A stretch of DNA of 64,000 bases from an uncultured Gemmatimonadales bacterium (GCA_963707505.1 CAVPQB010000004.1:992001-1056000), one strand, 5' to 3'. Shown: positions 9,884 to 19,932, numbered from the stretch's first letter. Numbers and translations: made by a program. The notes: a model not told the origin generated them from the sequence alone.

Positions 9884-9960
9884 AACGGGGCGTCGATTCC
9901 GTCGCACTTACCACGTCGCATCGACGATCTGTGCGAGTGAATATTGCTGTTACAAAAACA

Positions 9961-9995
9961 TGCATACTTATGCGCGGGTATGGCATGTAAAACCA
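9961..9995. promoter_or_regulatory. putative ArgR (ARG) box pair upstream of rocD
   Basis: TGCATACTTATGCG at 9961-9974; weaker GGCATGTAAAACCA 21 bp downstream. Confidence 0.55.
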
Positions 9996-10072
9996 CCGCC
10001 GTGCCGGGGGTTAAATAACGACGGCGACAGTGCGACATTTCAAGCGAAGGATCAACCTCAGCCGTACTTCGC

Positions 10073-11303
10073 ATGACAGCCGTCGCCAACGCCACCGAAT
10101 CCGCTCCCGCCACATCTGCTGATTACATCGCCATCGAAGACGAGTGGGGCGCGCACAACTACCATCCGCTCGATATCGTCATCGAGCGCGCTTCCGGCGC
10201 GTGGGTCTACGATGTGGACGGCAAGCGCTACCTCGACTGTCTGAGCGCGTATTCCGCTGTCAACCAGGGCCACTGCCATCCGCGCATCCTAGCGACGATG
10301 GTAGAGCAGGCGCACCGCGTCACGCTCACCTCGCGTGCCTTCCGCAACGAGCAGTTGCCGCTCTTCTGCGAAGAAGTCGCGCAACTCTGCGGTATGGAGA
10401 TGGTGCTCCCGATGAACACCGGCGCCGAGGCCGTCGAGACCGCGATAAAGGCGGCGCGACGCTGGGGATATGAAGTGAAGGGAATTCCCGAAGACCGCGC
10501 GGAAATCGTCGTGTTCGAGAACAACTTCCACGGTCGGACCACTACAATAGTCGGCTTCTCGTCAGAGCCATCCTATCGTGCCGGATTCGGACCCTTCGCC
10601 CCCGGCTTCAAGTTGATTCCCTACGGCGACATCGATGCGCTCAAGGCAGCCATCACGCCGAACACCTGCGCGGTGCTCATGGAGCCGATCCAGTGCGAGG
10701 CTGGAATCCTGATTCCACCGGACGGATATCTTCGCGCAACCTCCGATCTCTGTCGAGCGAACAACGTCCTCTTCATGGCCGACGAGATCCAGACAGGGCT
10801 GGGCCGCACCGGCCGCATGTTCGCGTGCGATCACGAAGAGGTGAAGCCCGACGTGTACATCCTTGGAAAGGCACTTGCGGGTGGTTTCTATCCGGTTTCC
10901 GCGGTCGTTTCGAGCCGCGAAGTCCTCGGCGTTCTCCGTGCAGGTACGCACGGCAGCACGTTCGGCGGCAATCCACTCGGCTGCGCAGTCGCGCGCACCG
11001 CGCTGAACGTTCTTGAAGACGAGAATCTGGTCGCAGCGCTCGGCAGACCTGGGCGCATGGTTCAAGGGTGAGGTAGCGTCGATCAGGCATCCTGACATCA
11101 AGTCCGTCCGCGGCCGTGGTCTGATGGTGGGCATCGAGCTGCACGTGCCGGCGCGGTCTTACTGCGAGGCGTTGATGGGACTTGGAATGCTGTGCAAGGA
11201 GACGCACGACCACGTCATCAGGCTTTCCCCGCCGCTGGTTACCTCGCGCGAGGATCTCGAGTGGGCTCTCGTTCAATTACGGACTGTATTCTCGACGCGG
11301 TAG
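10073..11303 (+). CDS. rocD: ornithine--oxo-acid aminotransferase (frameshift near 11040)
   Basis: [49 protein letters not shown]-terminus in ORF 11013..11303. Confidence 0.93.
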
Positions 11304-11345
11304 ACTCGCTGCCAGGTTTTTGTCTGGCCGCCGCACTCGATCAAT

Positions 11346-11371
11346 CAGCCCCGATCCGTTGATCGGGGCTG
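11346..11371. terminator. 11-bp hairpin between convergent rocD and hsp20
   Basis: CAGCCCCGATC-cgtt-GATCGGGGCTG. Confidence 0.65.
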
Positions 11372-11398
11372 TTCGCTTCTCGGCCTGGGCGTTTCCGA

Positions 11399-11926
11399 CT
11401 ACTTGTGCTCGACTGGAACCGCCTGCTGCTGATTCGTCTTCTGCGAGCCCTTACCCTCTACTCTAGCGCTGGTGCTACCGGTCGCACTGCCGTCGCTGTT
11501 GCTGATGGCAATCTTCTTGGGCTGCGGAAGTGCGGTCTTGGGGACGCGAATGTTCAACACGCCGTTCGTGAAATTCGCGGTAATCTTGGAATCGTCGACT
11601 CCCTTGGGAAGGCGGAACGACCGTGTGAACGAGCCGTAGCTCCGCTCCACCAGGTGATACTCCGTACCGTCGCCTTCCTTTCGCTCCGCGGACTTGTGTC
11701 CGCGCACGGTCAGCACTCCGTTATCGGAAGTGACCTCTACATCGTCCGGCTTGACGCCCGGAAGCTCGACGGACAGCGCGATCTCACGGTCGTCCTCACG
11801 TACGTCGACGGGCGGCGCCAGAGAAGCCGTCGGCGTTGTGCGGCTCAGTGCATCGTCAAATAAGCGATTCACGTCCCTGCGCAGACCGAACACAGGAAGA
11901 GGTGTCAGTGAAGTTTCGAACAGCAT
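11399..11926 (-). CDS. Hsp20/alpha-crystallin small heat-shock protein
   Basis: PPVDVRE, ELPGV, ERSYGSFTRSFRLP, NGVLNIRVPK; GGAGG precedes ATG 11926. Confidence 0.95.
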   Translation of the reverse strand: MLFETSLTPLPVFGLRRDVNRLFDDALSRTTPTASLAPPVDVREDDREIALSVELPGVKPDDVEVTSDNGVLTVRGHKSAERKEGDGTEYHLVERSYGSFTRSFRLPKGVDDSKITANFTNGVLNIRVPKTALPQPKKIAISNSDGSATGSTSARVEGKGSQKTNQQQAVPVEHK

Positions 11927-11990
11927 GGTGCTGACCTCCATCTGAGAGCTTTGTCTGTTTTTTCGGGCCCCGTGCCCACCGGGCTAATCC

Positions 11991-12006
11991 GGCAATGGGC
12001 GGGCCA
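11991..12006 (-). promoter_or_regulatory. putative sigma54 (-24/-12) promoter for hsp20
   Basis: Minus strand TGGCCCGCCCATTGCC versus consensus TGGCACG-N4-TTGC. Confidence 0.55.
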
Positions 12007-12087
12007 GCGATGCCGGCCAATCTGGCTTAAGAGCGTCTGTTTATCGGCCAGTTCGGCATTTTCGTCTGAAATATTGGCAAACAGACC

Positions 12088-13761
12088 GTGAAAATCGTTA
12101 CCAATCGATCGGTCATCCTGTCCTACGGTAGGCTTGCAGACGACCGATTCGCCGAGGAAGTGACATTGTCAGGTAAAGCACATCCGCACGTTACCGCCAT
12201 GCTGTCTGAAGATTCTGATTCATCGATACTTGTCGGCGCTCTCGCGGACATAGCCGTTTGTCTATCGGATGCGCGGCCGACGGAACTCGTCGCGCAGGAC
12301 GTGCTCGAGCGCGCCCATGTAACGATCGGTGCGTCCGAGCTGGCGGCGTGGTTGGATGTGGGTGGCGAGCTTCTGCGAACCTGGGGGGCGGGTCCGGAGG
12401 AGGCGTCCCTGGATGAGCTTCGGGCAGCGATGGCCGGTGCCGCGCCTGGGATAGTTGCACGCGAGATGAGCTTTGGGCCGCGCCGGGTGGGCGTCTTGCT
12501 GGCGCGGTTCGGCGCCGACGCAGGGGAGCCGGTGGAGCGCTTTCTGGAAGCGCTCGCTGCGTTGCTTGCTGCGTTCGTCGCGAACTCCGAGCGCTCCCGG
12601 AGACTCGAGGGCGATCTTCAGATCCGGATGCGCGAGGTGCAGGAGCAGAAGCGGTTCACGGAAACCGTGCTCGATCTGCTCCCGCTCGGCCTGTACGTCA
12701 TCGATCGCGATTACCGGATCACGGTCTGGAATCGCAAGCGCGAGACCGGGATGCAGGGCGTGTCGCGCGACGAGGCGATCGGCCGCACGATCTTCGAGAT
12801 CCTGCACCGTCAGCCGGAGGACGTTGTTCGTCGCGAATTCGACGAGGTATTCGCTACGGGCAAGACGCAGCAATTTCAGACCGAATCCAGCGCCAGCGGC
12901 GCTCTCCGTACGTACAGGCTGTCCAAGATTCCGATACGCGATCAGACAGGCGTCGTCACACACATCATCACGATCGGTGAGGACATCACCGATTGGGTGG
13001 AAGCGCGCGAAGCCGTAGCTCAGAACGAGAAGCTCGCCGCGATCGGTCGCCTTGCTGCGGGGATCATGCACGAGATAAACAATCCGCTCGCGACGATCGC
13101 TGCGTGCGCGGAGACCATGGCGCTAGAAACGAGAGTTGATGGCAACTCGCAAGGCGCGCATGACAGCGCGTCCGCCCTTGCGTCCGACAGCGCGTCCGAC
13201 GGCGCGCCGGAGTATCTCAAGATCATCGAGAGCGAAGTTCAGCGTTGCAAACGCATCATCGACGGACTGCTTGATTTCAGCCGGCCGCGCGCGCAGGAAC
13301 GGCAATCTCTACACGTGAACACCGTCGTCGAGCGCGCGCTGTTCCTTCTCAAGCATCACGGGCGTTTCAAGCAGCTCACCGTTCAGGCTGAGCTCGGAAC
13401 CGAGCTTGCGACCGTACACGCGAGCTCCGAGCAGTTGATTCAGGTAATGATTGCGCTATTGATGAATGCTGCGGACGCGATGCCGCAGTACGGGCGAGTG
13501 CTCATACGCACGCGTGCAGCGCCGCGGGGTGCGAAGCACGTCGTGATCGAAGTACAGGATGAAGGATCGGGGATGACGCGTAACGAGATGTCGCGCATCT
13601 TCGAGCCATTTTATACAACGAAAGAGCCGGGCCGGGGTACAGGGCTCGGACTCGCAATCTGCCATGGAATCGTTGCCGACCACGGGGGTCGCATCGAGGT
13701 ATCCAGCGAACCTGGCAAGGGAACGCGTTTCACAATTCTTTTGCCGATGGAGGAAGCATGA
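12088..13761 (+). CDS. PAS-domain sensor histidine kinase (NtrB-like); true start may be downstream (e.g. ATG 12199)
   Basis: PAS, EKLAAIGRLAAGIMHEINNPL, NAADAM, DEGSG, FEPFYTTK, GTGLGL. Confidence 0.93.
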   Translation: MKIVTNRSVILSYGRLADDRFAEEVTLSGKAHPHVTAMLSEDSDSSILVGALADIAVCLSDARPTELVAQDVLERAHVTIGASELAAWLDVGGELLRTWGAGPEEASLDELRAAMAGAAPGIVAREMSFGPRRVGVLLARFGADAGEPVERFLEALAALLAAFVANSERSRRLEGDLQIRMREVQEQKRFTETVLDLLPLGLYVIDRDYRITVWNRKRETGMQGVSRDEAIGRTIFEILHRQPEDVVRREFDEVFATGKTQQFQTESSASGALRTYRLSKIPIRDQTGVVTHIITIGEDITDWVEAREAVAQNEKLAAIGRLAAGIMHEINNPLATIAACAETMALETRVDGNSQGAHDSASALASDSASDGAPEYLKIIESEVQRCKRIIDGLLDFSRPRAQERQSLHVNTVVERALFLLKHHGRFKQLTVQAELGTELATVHASSEQLIQVMIALLMNAADAMPQYGRVLIRTRAAPRGAKHVVIEVQDEGSGMTRNEMSRIFEPFYTTKEPGRGTGLGLAICHGIVADHGGRIEVSSEPGKGTRFTILLPMEEA

Positions 13762-15095
13762 GCGCCGACGGGAGTGCCCCAATCCGTGTGCTGATTGCCG
13801 AGGATGAGGAGCACCTTGGCGCAATTCTCGAGCATTTCTTGAGAAGCCGCGGTTATGCCGTCACGATGTGTCGCGACGGCCGTGCTGCGCTGACCGAGCT
13901 GCATTCGGTTCCGTACGACGTCGCGCTGATCGACATCGTGATGCCTGAGATGGATGGGCTCGAAGTGTTGCGCCATCTGCAGAACGAGCCCGCACCGCCG
14001 GAGGTGATCATAATCACCGGCAATGGCACGATCGACACGGCGATAACCGCCATCAAGCTGGGCGCCTACGACTACATCTCCAAGCCGTACAGAATGGCGG
14101 AGATTGACGTGATGGTACGGCGTGCGTGGGAAAAGCGCGAGCTCGGGAAGGCCAACGTCATGTTGCGTGCACGGACGCGTGAGCTGCCCTCGGAGATGAC
14201 CAGCAGGAATCCACTGATGCGCGAGGTGCTGGGCCGTCTGCCGGCGCTGGCACAATCCGATGCGCCAGTGGTCATCAAGGGGGAGCGCGGCGTGGGCAAG
14301 AGTTACGTTGCGCGATATCTGCATGCACTGTCCGGACGCGTGCGCGACTCGCTCATCGAAGTGCGGCAGGGCCGCGGTGCGCTGACTGGCGCAGCAACGC
14401 TCGTTGGACGGCAGGGAGTGCCATCTGGCGGAGCTATGCCGACGGGTGCATTTCTGGCGGCGGATCGTGGAACGACGGTGATCGACATCGCTGCACTCGA
14501 AGAAGAAGCGCGTGGCGTCTTGCGTGACGTAATTATTTCCAACACGTTCATGCGCCTTGGCGGATCACATTCACTTCCGCTCACCACGCGCCTGGTGATC
14601 TGTGTGGACGATCCCGCTGACGGTTTCGCCTCTTCGATCGGCGCCGAGCAGCTGACGATTCCACCGCTTCGCACTCGCCACGAAGATCTTGCGCCGCTCG
14701 TCGCGGAGCTATTGGCCGAGCAGACGGGACCGGTTCACACGATTGCGGCGGAGGCGTTCGATGTGCTTGCATCCTACACGTGGCCGGGCAACGTTCGCGA
14801 GCTCGGTGTGGTGCTGGCGCGTTGCGCGCTTCTCGCGCCCAAGGAAAACATCTCCGCCGGTGACATTCGTCTGCTGCTGGCCACCGGGGCAGTGGGTGTC
14901 GAAGGGCGGGGTGCGCCCCTATCCGACCTGGAAAAGCTGCATATTGAAGCGATGCTAGTCCGATTTCATTGGCACCAGGGCCGCGCCGCCGAGGCGCTTG
15001 GCATATCGACCAAGACGCTGTATCGCAAGATGCGCGAGTTCGGCTTTCGCCGTCCGCGCAAGCGCAAGTTTGCGAGGATGCGGTCTGAGGAATGA
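13758..15095 (+). CDS. NtrC-family response regulator with degenerate AAA+ domain and Fis HTH
   Basis: Receiver DIVMP, Walker A GERGVGKS, WPGNVREL, LGISTKTLYRK. Confidence 0.88.
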   Translation: MSADGSAPIRVLIAEDEEHLGAILEHFLRSRGYAVTMCRDGRAALTELHSVPYDVALIDIVMPEMDGLEVLRHLQNEPAPPEVIIITGNGTIDTAITAIKLGAYDYISKPYRMAEIDVMVRRAWEKRELGKANVMLRARTRELPSEMTSRNPLMREVLGRLPALAQSDAPVVIKGERGVGKSYVARYLHALSGRVRDSLIEVRQGRGALTGAATLVGRQGVPSGGAMPTGAFLAADRGTTVIDIAALEEEARGVLRDVIISNTFMRLGGSHSLPLTTRLVICVDDPADGFASSIGAEQLTIPPLRTRHEDLAPLVAELLAEQTGPVHTIAAEAFDVLASYTWPGNVRELGVVLARCALLAPKENISAGDIRLLLATGAVGVEGRGAPLSDLEKLHIEAMLVRFHWHQGRAAEALGISTKTLYRKMREFGFRRPRKRKFARMRSEE

Positions 15096-15760
15096 AGATC
15101 CTCGTTATCGAGGACGATCCGACCGTCGGGCAGTTCGTGAAACGGGGGTTGGAGGAGCAGCGCTGGACCGTTGATCTCGCGGAGAACGGAAATGATGGAG
15201 AAACGCTCGCTACGGCGGGCGACTACGATCTCGTCATTCTCGACATGCGCCTTCCGGGGAAGTCGGGGATGGAGGTGCTTCACGACCTTCGCGCGCGCAA
15301 CTTCCAGCGTCCCGTACTCGTGCTGACCGCGCAGGACGCGGTGGATGCGAAGGTACAGACGCTGCGCGCCGGCGCCGACGACTACGTGACGAAACCGTTC
15401 GCGTTCGAGGAGCTGCTCGCGCGTGTGGAAGCGCTGGCGCGTCGTCCGCGCGCGATGGCGTCGCCCGTCATGCAGGTTGCCGATCTGACGCTCGACGTCG
15501 ACACGCGCGAGGTAAGGCGAGCCGGCAATCTCATAGAGCTTACGCCCAAGGAGTACACGGTCCTCGAGTACCTGATGCGACATCACGGTCGCGTGATGAG
15601 CAGAACTTTGATCACCGAGTACGCCTGGGGATATCACTTCGATCCTGGAACCAACATCGTGGACGTTGTGATCAATCACCTTCGCAAGAAGATCGACGCC
15701 GATCACGAGAAGAAGCTGATCTCGACCGTGCGCGGCGTCGGGTACGTTGTGCGCGGATGA
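15092..15760 (+). CDS. OmpR/PhoB-family response regulator (CusR-like)
   Basis: MKILVIEDD, GADDYVTKPF, LTPKEY, TVRGVGY. Confidence 0.95.
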   Translation: MKILVIEDDPTVGQFVKRGLEEQRWTVDLAENGNDGETLATAGDYDLVILDMRLPGKSGMEVLHDLRARNFQRPVLVLTAQDAVDAKVQTLRAGADDYVTKPFAFEELLARVEALARRPRAMASPVMQVADLTLDVDTREVRRAGNLIELTPKEYTVLEYLMRHHGRVMSRTLITEYAWGYHFDPGTNIVDVVINHLRKKIDADHEKKLISTVRGVGYVVRG

Positions 15761-17232
15761 TTCCAGCGCGGTTGAAGCTGACGTTTGTTTTCGCTGGTGC
15801 GATGGCAGTGACCGGCGGCGCACTGGGAATAGCAGTTTCCGCTTCACGCACCGCTGGCGCATACAGCGCGATCGCGCGCGAGGCACTGGCAGACGGCGAT
15901 CTCGCGATGCGTATCATCGATCAGGCGTCGAGGGATCGAGAGCCCGTCGTGGTACGGGATTCATCGGGCGTTGAGCAGATCGCGCGCTCGGTTGCGGCAC
16001 GGCTGGAAGTGATCCCGGGGTATGTCGTGATCGTGGGCCGAAAGGCGAACGTCGTATTCACGTCGTTCGACGCGCGTGACCTGTCGGACGACGACTGGAC
16101 AACGTTGCAGCATGGCATCACCGATCTCCCCGACGACGGACCAGCTGGCGTCATCAGCGTCGGACAGGAACGCATTCTGTTCGTGGCACACGCGATACAC
16201 GACAGCACCACGCGGCTGAGCCGCGTGGTTGCGGGCGTGCGGGTGCGCGGTGCTCAGAGTTTACCGACCGAGCTTGTGACGACGCTCTTCGCAGTCATGC
16301 CGCTCGCCATCGCGCTTGCGTCCTGGGGGATGTGGCTGATGCTCGGCGGTACGTTCCGCAGAATCGAGCGCGTGCGGCGCGGCGTTGCCGACATCACGGA
16401 TGGTCGCAGTCTGCACCGGCGATTGTCGGATGACGAGGCGAGTCCCGAAATCGCCGCACTGATCGATACGTTGAATTCAATGATAGCACGGCTCGAGACG
16501 TCGTTCGCCGCATTGCGGCGTTTCACCGCTGACGCGAGTCACGAACTCAAGACGCCGCTTGCAGTGTTGCGTGCGGACGTCGAGCGAGCGATGAGTGCGA
16601 CTACACGAAAGGACGATCGTCTAGTCGCACTCGAAGAAGCACTGCACGAGACGACGCGCATGGCGGACCTCGTCGAGAGCCTGCTCACGCTTGCGCGCGC
16701 GGATGAGGGACGGTTCGATCTGTACCGCGAGCGCGTCGATCTGAGCGAGCTGACGCAGGAAGTGTACGAAACTGCGCTCATACTGGGCGAGGGTGCGGGT
16801 GTCGCAGTGAATCTCCCATTCACTACCGAAGTCACGATCGCGGGAGATCGCACACGACTGCGGCAATTGTTTCTCAACCTCGTAACCAACGCGATCAAGT
16901 ACACGCCGCGTGGCGGGCGCGTCGACATTGGACTTGGGCGCCATCCTGACAACGTGACGTTCGCAGTGCGCGATACCGGAGCCGGAATCGCTGCCGCGGA
17001 TCTACCGCATATCTTCGAGCGCTTCTGGCGCGCCGATCGCGCGCGATCGCGCACTGCGGAGCGCGGCGGATTCGGATTGGGTCTTGCGATCAGCCAGTGG
17101 ATTGCGCAGGCTCACGGCGGCACGCTCACCGTGCAGTCGCGGCTGGGGAAGGGATCGTTGTTCACTCTCACACTTCCGCTCGATGCAGCCGACCGGGCGG
17201 AGCCTGACGATGAGACGTTGCCGGACCAGTGA
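15757..17232 (+). CDS. membrane HAMP-domain sensor histidine kinase
   Basis: Two TMs, HAMP, FTADASHELKTPL, NAIKYT, GFGLGL. Confidence 0.95.
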   Translation: MIPARLKLTFVFAGAMAVTGGALGIAVSASRTAGAYSAIAREALADGDLAMRIIDQASRDREPVVVRDSSGVEQIARSVAARLEVIPGYVVIVGRKANVVFTSFDARDLSDDDWTTLQHGITDLPDDGPAGVISVGQERILFVAHAIHDSTTRLSRVVAGVRVRGAQSLPTELVTTLFAVMPLAIALASWGMWLMLGGTFRRIERVRRGVADITDGRSLHRRLSDDEASPEIAALIDTLNSMIARLETSFAALRRFTADASHELKTPLAVLRADVERAMSATTRKDDRLVALEEALHETTRMADLVESLLTLARADEGRFDLYRERVDLSELTQEVYETALILGEGAGVAVNLPFTTEVTIAGDRTRLRQLFLNLVTNAIKYTPRGGRVDIGLGRHPDNVTFAVRDTGAGIAAADLPHIFERFWRADRARSRTAERGGFGLGLAISQWIAQAHGGTLTVQSRLGKGSLFTLTLPLDAADRAEPDDETLPDQ

Positions 17233-17275
17233 TGCAGTGACGCCGCCATGACGATGCGGTCAAAATGCCACCGAT

Positions 17276-17315
17276 GTTAATCTTCCGTTAATGTTTTGAA
17301 TTAACTGAAGCTTAA
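17276..17315. promoter_or_regulatory. two TTAA-N7-TTAA direct-repeat boxes upstream of tonB
   Basis: TTAA at 17277/17288 and 17301/17312 (11-bp period) in an AT-rich island. Confidence 0.6.
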
Positions 17316-17387
17316 TCTCCCGGCCATTCCGGCTTAATTGTGCGCCAGTATTCTTCTCTCAGTCATTCTGAGGAGCTTGCTGCCGCA

Positions 17388-18101
17388 ATGTTCAACCAGC
17401 TAATCGAGTCGAAGCGCGCCAAGAAGCGCAGCCCGGGGACCGCTGCATTCAGCATTGGTCTGCACGCGGGACTCATCGGGCTCGCGGTCTGGGCGACGGC
17501 TAACGCCGCCATCAAGAACGAGAAGCCGAAGGCGGAGAAGATCGAATTCGTCCAGGTGAAGAAGGACGAGCCGCCTCCGCCCAAGAAGGAGGCACCGCCG
17601 CCGCCAAAGGCGACGGTTGCGCCGCCACCGCCCAAGGGTTTCCAGGTGCCGCAGGCGCCACCGATCGTTCCGGTCAAGATCCCCGACATCGACCTTTCAA
17701 AGAAGGTCACGAACGTCGCTGACTTCAGCGGCAAGGGTGTCGAAGGCGGCGTCGCGAACGGTGTAGTAGGTGGAAAGGGACCGGTCTCGAACACCGAGAC
17801 GTACTTCTCGTTTCAGGTAGAGAAGCCCGCCGCGATGGCATCGGGAACCGTGACACCACAATACCCCGAGACGCTTCGCAGCGCGGGCATCGAGGGAGAA
17901 GTCGACGCGGAATTCACCGTGGATACCACGGGCCGCGTGGATCAGGCCGCGGGGATCAAGATCAACAAGGCTACCAACGATCTGTTCGCCGCCGCTGTCA
18001 AGTCAGCCCTGCCGCGCATGAAGTTCTATCCTGCGGAGATCGGTGGGCACAAGGTCAGGCAGCTCGTGCAGCAACCGTTCACGTTCACGATCACTCATTA
18101 A
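17388..18101 (+). CDS. tonB: TonB energy transducer
   Basis: TM with SIGLH (S-x3-H), Pro-rich linker, C-terminal YPETLRSAGIEGEV. Confidence 0.9.
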   Translation: MFNQLIESKRAKKRSPGTAAFSIGLHAGLIGLAVWATANAAIKNEKPKAEKIEFVQVKKDEPPPPKKEAPPPPKATVAPPPPKGFQVPQAPPIVPVKIPDIDLSKKVTNVADFSGKGVEGGVANGVVGGKGPVSNTETYFSFQVEKPAAMASGTVTPQYPETLRSAGIEGEVDAEFTVDTTGRVDQAAGIKINKATNDLFAAAVKSALPRMKFYPAEIGGHKVRQLVQQPFTFTITH

Positions 18102-18131
18102 CCGTCCCACCATTCCACGGAGTAACGAACA

Positions 18132-18872
18132 ATGCATCTATCGCTGATTGACCTTTGGGGCCAGATGGCCGGTTTCGCCCGCGGCATCGTTTACACGCTC
18201 GCGATCATGTCGATCTGGACCCTGTCGATTTCGATAAAGAAGTGGTGGGATCTCAAGTCGGCCCAGAACGAGACACGCAAGTTCGCGCCCGAGTTCTCGC
18301 AGTTCCTCGAAGAAGACAATCTTGTGGAGGCCGCAAACCTCTCCGAGCGCTACAAGAAGTCGCACGTTGCACGCGTTCTGGCCGGTGCGCTCTCCGAGAC
18401 CCGCGCACTCGTACAGGATGGTTCCGTAACGATCGCCGACATCAACTCTGCAGAGCGCGCGATCGAGCGCGAAATGCTGATGACGATCACCGACCTCAAG
18501 CGCGGTCTTGGAGTGCTCGCGACAAGCGGTGCAACTGCGCCGTTCGTCGGACTGCTCGGAACGACGATGGGTATCATCAACGCCTTCACGGGCATGGCGG
18601 TTTCCGGATCAGGCGGTCTGTCCGCGATTTCCGGCGGTATCTCCGAGGCACTCATCACGACAGCTCTCGGTCTGCTCGTCGCAATTCCGGCAGTGTGGCT
18701 CTTCAACTACTTCCAGACGAAGGTCGACAATCTCACCGCTGAGATGACCTACACGTCCAAGGAAATGATCGACTATCTGATCAAGAACGTTTCGGGCGAG
18801 TTCGGCCGCAGCCGCTTCACGCGCGAATTCAACACCACGGCGACCGCGGGCAACGCCCCGATCTCCAAGTAG
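18132..18872 (+). CDS. exbB: ExbB/TolQ/MotA proton channel
   Basis: APFVGLLGT, GISEALITTALGLLVAIPA. Confidence 0.92.
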   Translation: MHLSLIDLWGQMAGFARGIVYTLAIMSIWTLSISIKKWWDLKSAQNETRKFAPEFSQFLEEDNLVEAANLSERYKKSHVARVLAGALSETRALVQDGSVTIADINSAERAIEREMLMTITDLKRGLGVLATSGATAPFVGLLGTTMGIINAFTGMAVSGSGGLSAISGGISEALITTALGLLVAIPAVWLFNYFQTKVDNLTAEMTYTSKEMIDYLIKNVSGEFGRSRFTREFNTTATAGNAPISK

Positions 18873-19009
18873 TTGCGCGGCGCGGATATGTCCGCGCCTG
18901 CAGTTAGGTAAGGCACGATGACGTAGGGCGCAGATGTCTTTGCGCCTAGGGCCGGCGCCCCGTCCGGCAGACGGGGCGCGGTTCCACACTTTTCGAGGGA
19001 TTCGTATCT

Positions 19010-19498
19010 ATGTCAATGTCAACATCGGGCGGGAACGCGGTTCGCGCGGAACCAAACGTGACTCCGATGATCGACGTCATGCTCGTTCTGCTGATCATTT
19101 TCATGGTCATCATTCCGACGCTGGTGTCGGGAGTGAACGCGCAGCCACCTGCGGGCCAGAACCTCAGGCCGCACCCGCAGCAGGATCAGGATCAGCTTCT
19201 TGGTATCGACAATCAAGGTCAGTACTATCTTAATCGTACTGCGATCCCGAATGCATCACTCAATACCGCGCTCACCGATATCTACAGTAAGCGCACGGAA
19301 GACAAGATTCTCTACGTCAAGGCGGACAAGAATCTCGACTACGGCAAAATTCTCGACGCGCTCGACGTGGCGGCGAAGAGTGGAGTTCGCATGACCGCCA
19401 TGGTCACAGATCAGGCGTCCGGCACTCATTCGTTGATTCAGAGTGACAACATCGAGGCAACCAGCGCGGGCACGCCGAGCAGTGGAGGGCCAAAGTAA
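19010..19498 (+). CDS. exbD: ExbD/TolR family protein
   Basis: PNVTPMIDVMLVLLIIFMV, KADKNLDYG. Confidence 0.92.
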   Translation: MSMSTSGGNAVRAEPNVTPMIDVMLVLLIIFMVIIPTLVSGVNAQPPAGQNLRPHPQQDQDQLLGIDNQGQYYLNRTAIPNASLNTALTDIYSKRTEDKILYVKADKNLDYGKILDALDVAAKSGVRMTAMVTDQASGTHSLIQSDNIEATSAGTPSSGGPK

Positions 19499-19923
19499 TG
19501 GCGATGTCAACAGGTGGTGGTCGCGGCGGCTTCACATCCGAGCCGAATCTGACCCCGATGATCGACGTGCTGCTGGTACTTCTCATCATCTTCATGGTGA
19601 TTGTGCCAACGGCTCGGAAGGCGATAGACGTGCAGCTCCCGGATCCGACTGTCCAGCCGACGACTTCACCCAGCACGGATCAGATCGTGCTCGAAGTCCA
19701 GAAGGATGGCACGTATCTGATCAACAAGCAGCCAGTACCACCCGGCGCCGCTGGTCTGAGTCAGATGCTCCACACCACGTTTGACACTCGTCCGGAAAAG
19801 ATCTTGTTCGTGAAGGGCGATCCAGCGGCCAAGTATCAGCAGATCATCCAGGCGATGGACATTGCGCGCGGCGTGATCGGACATAACGCGGTCATTGGCA
19901 TAACGCCCAAGTCGACGCAGTAA
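19498..19923 (+). CDS. exbD: ExbD/TolR family protein (second copy)
   Basis: PNLTPMIDVLLVLLIIFMV, KGDPAAKY. Confidence 0.92.
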   Translation: MAMSTGGGRGGFTSEPNLTPMIDVLLVLLIIFMVIVPTARKAIDVQLPDPTVQPTTSPSTDQIVLEVQKDGTYLINKQPVPPGAAGLSQMLHTTFDTRPEKILFVKGDPAAKYQQIIQAMDIARGVIGHNAVIGITPKSTQ

Positions 19924-19932
19924 GGGTTTCAC

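Noticed and set aside
13162..13198. Short direct repeat GACAGCGCGTCCG in the kinase
   Set aside because: In-frame low-complexity loop duplication (DSAS) with no evident function
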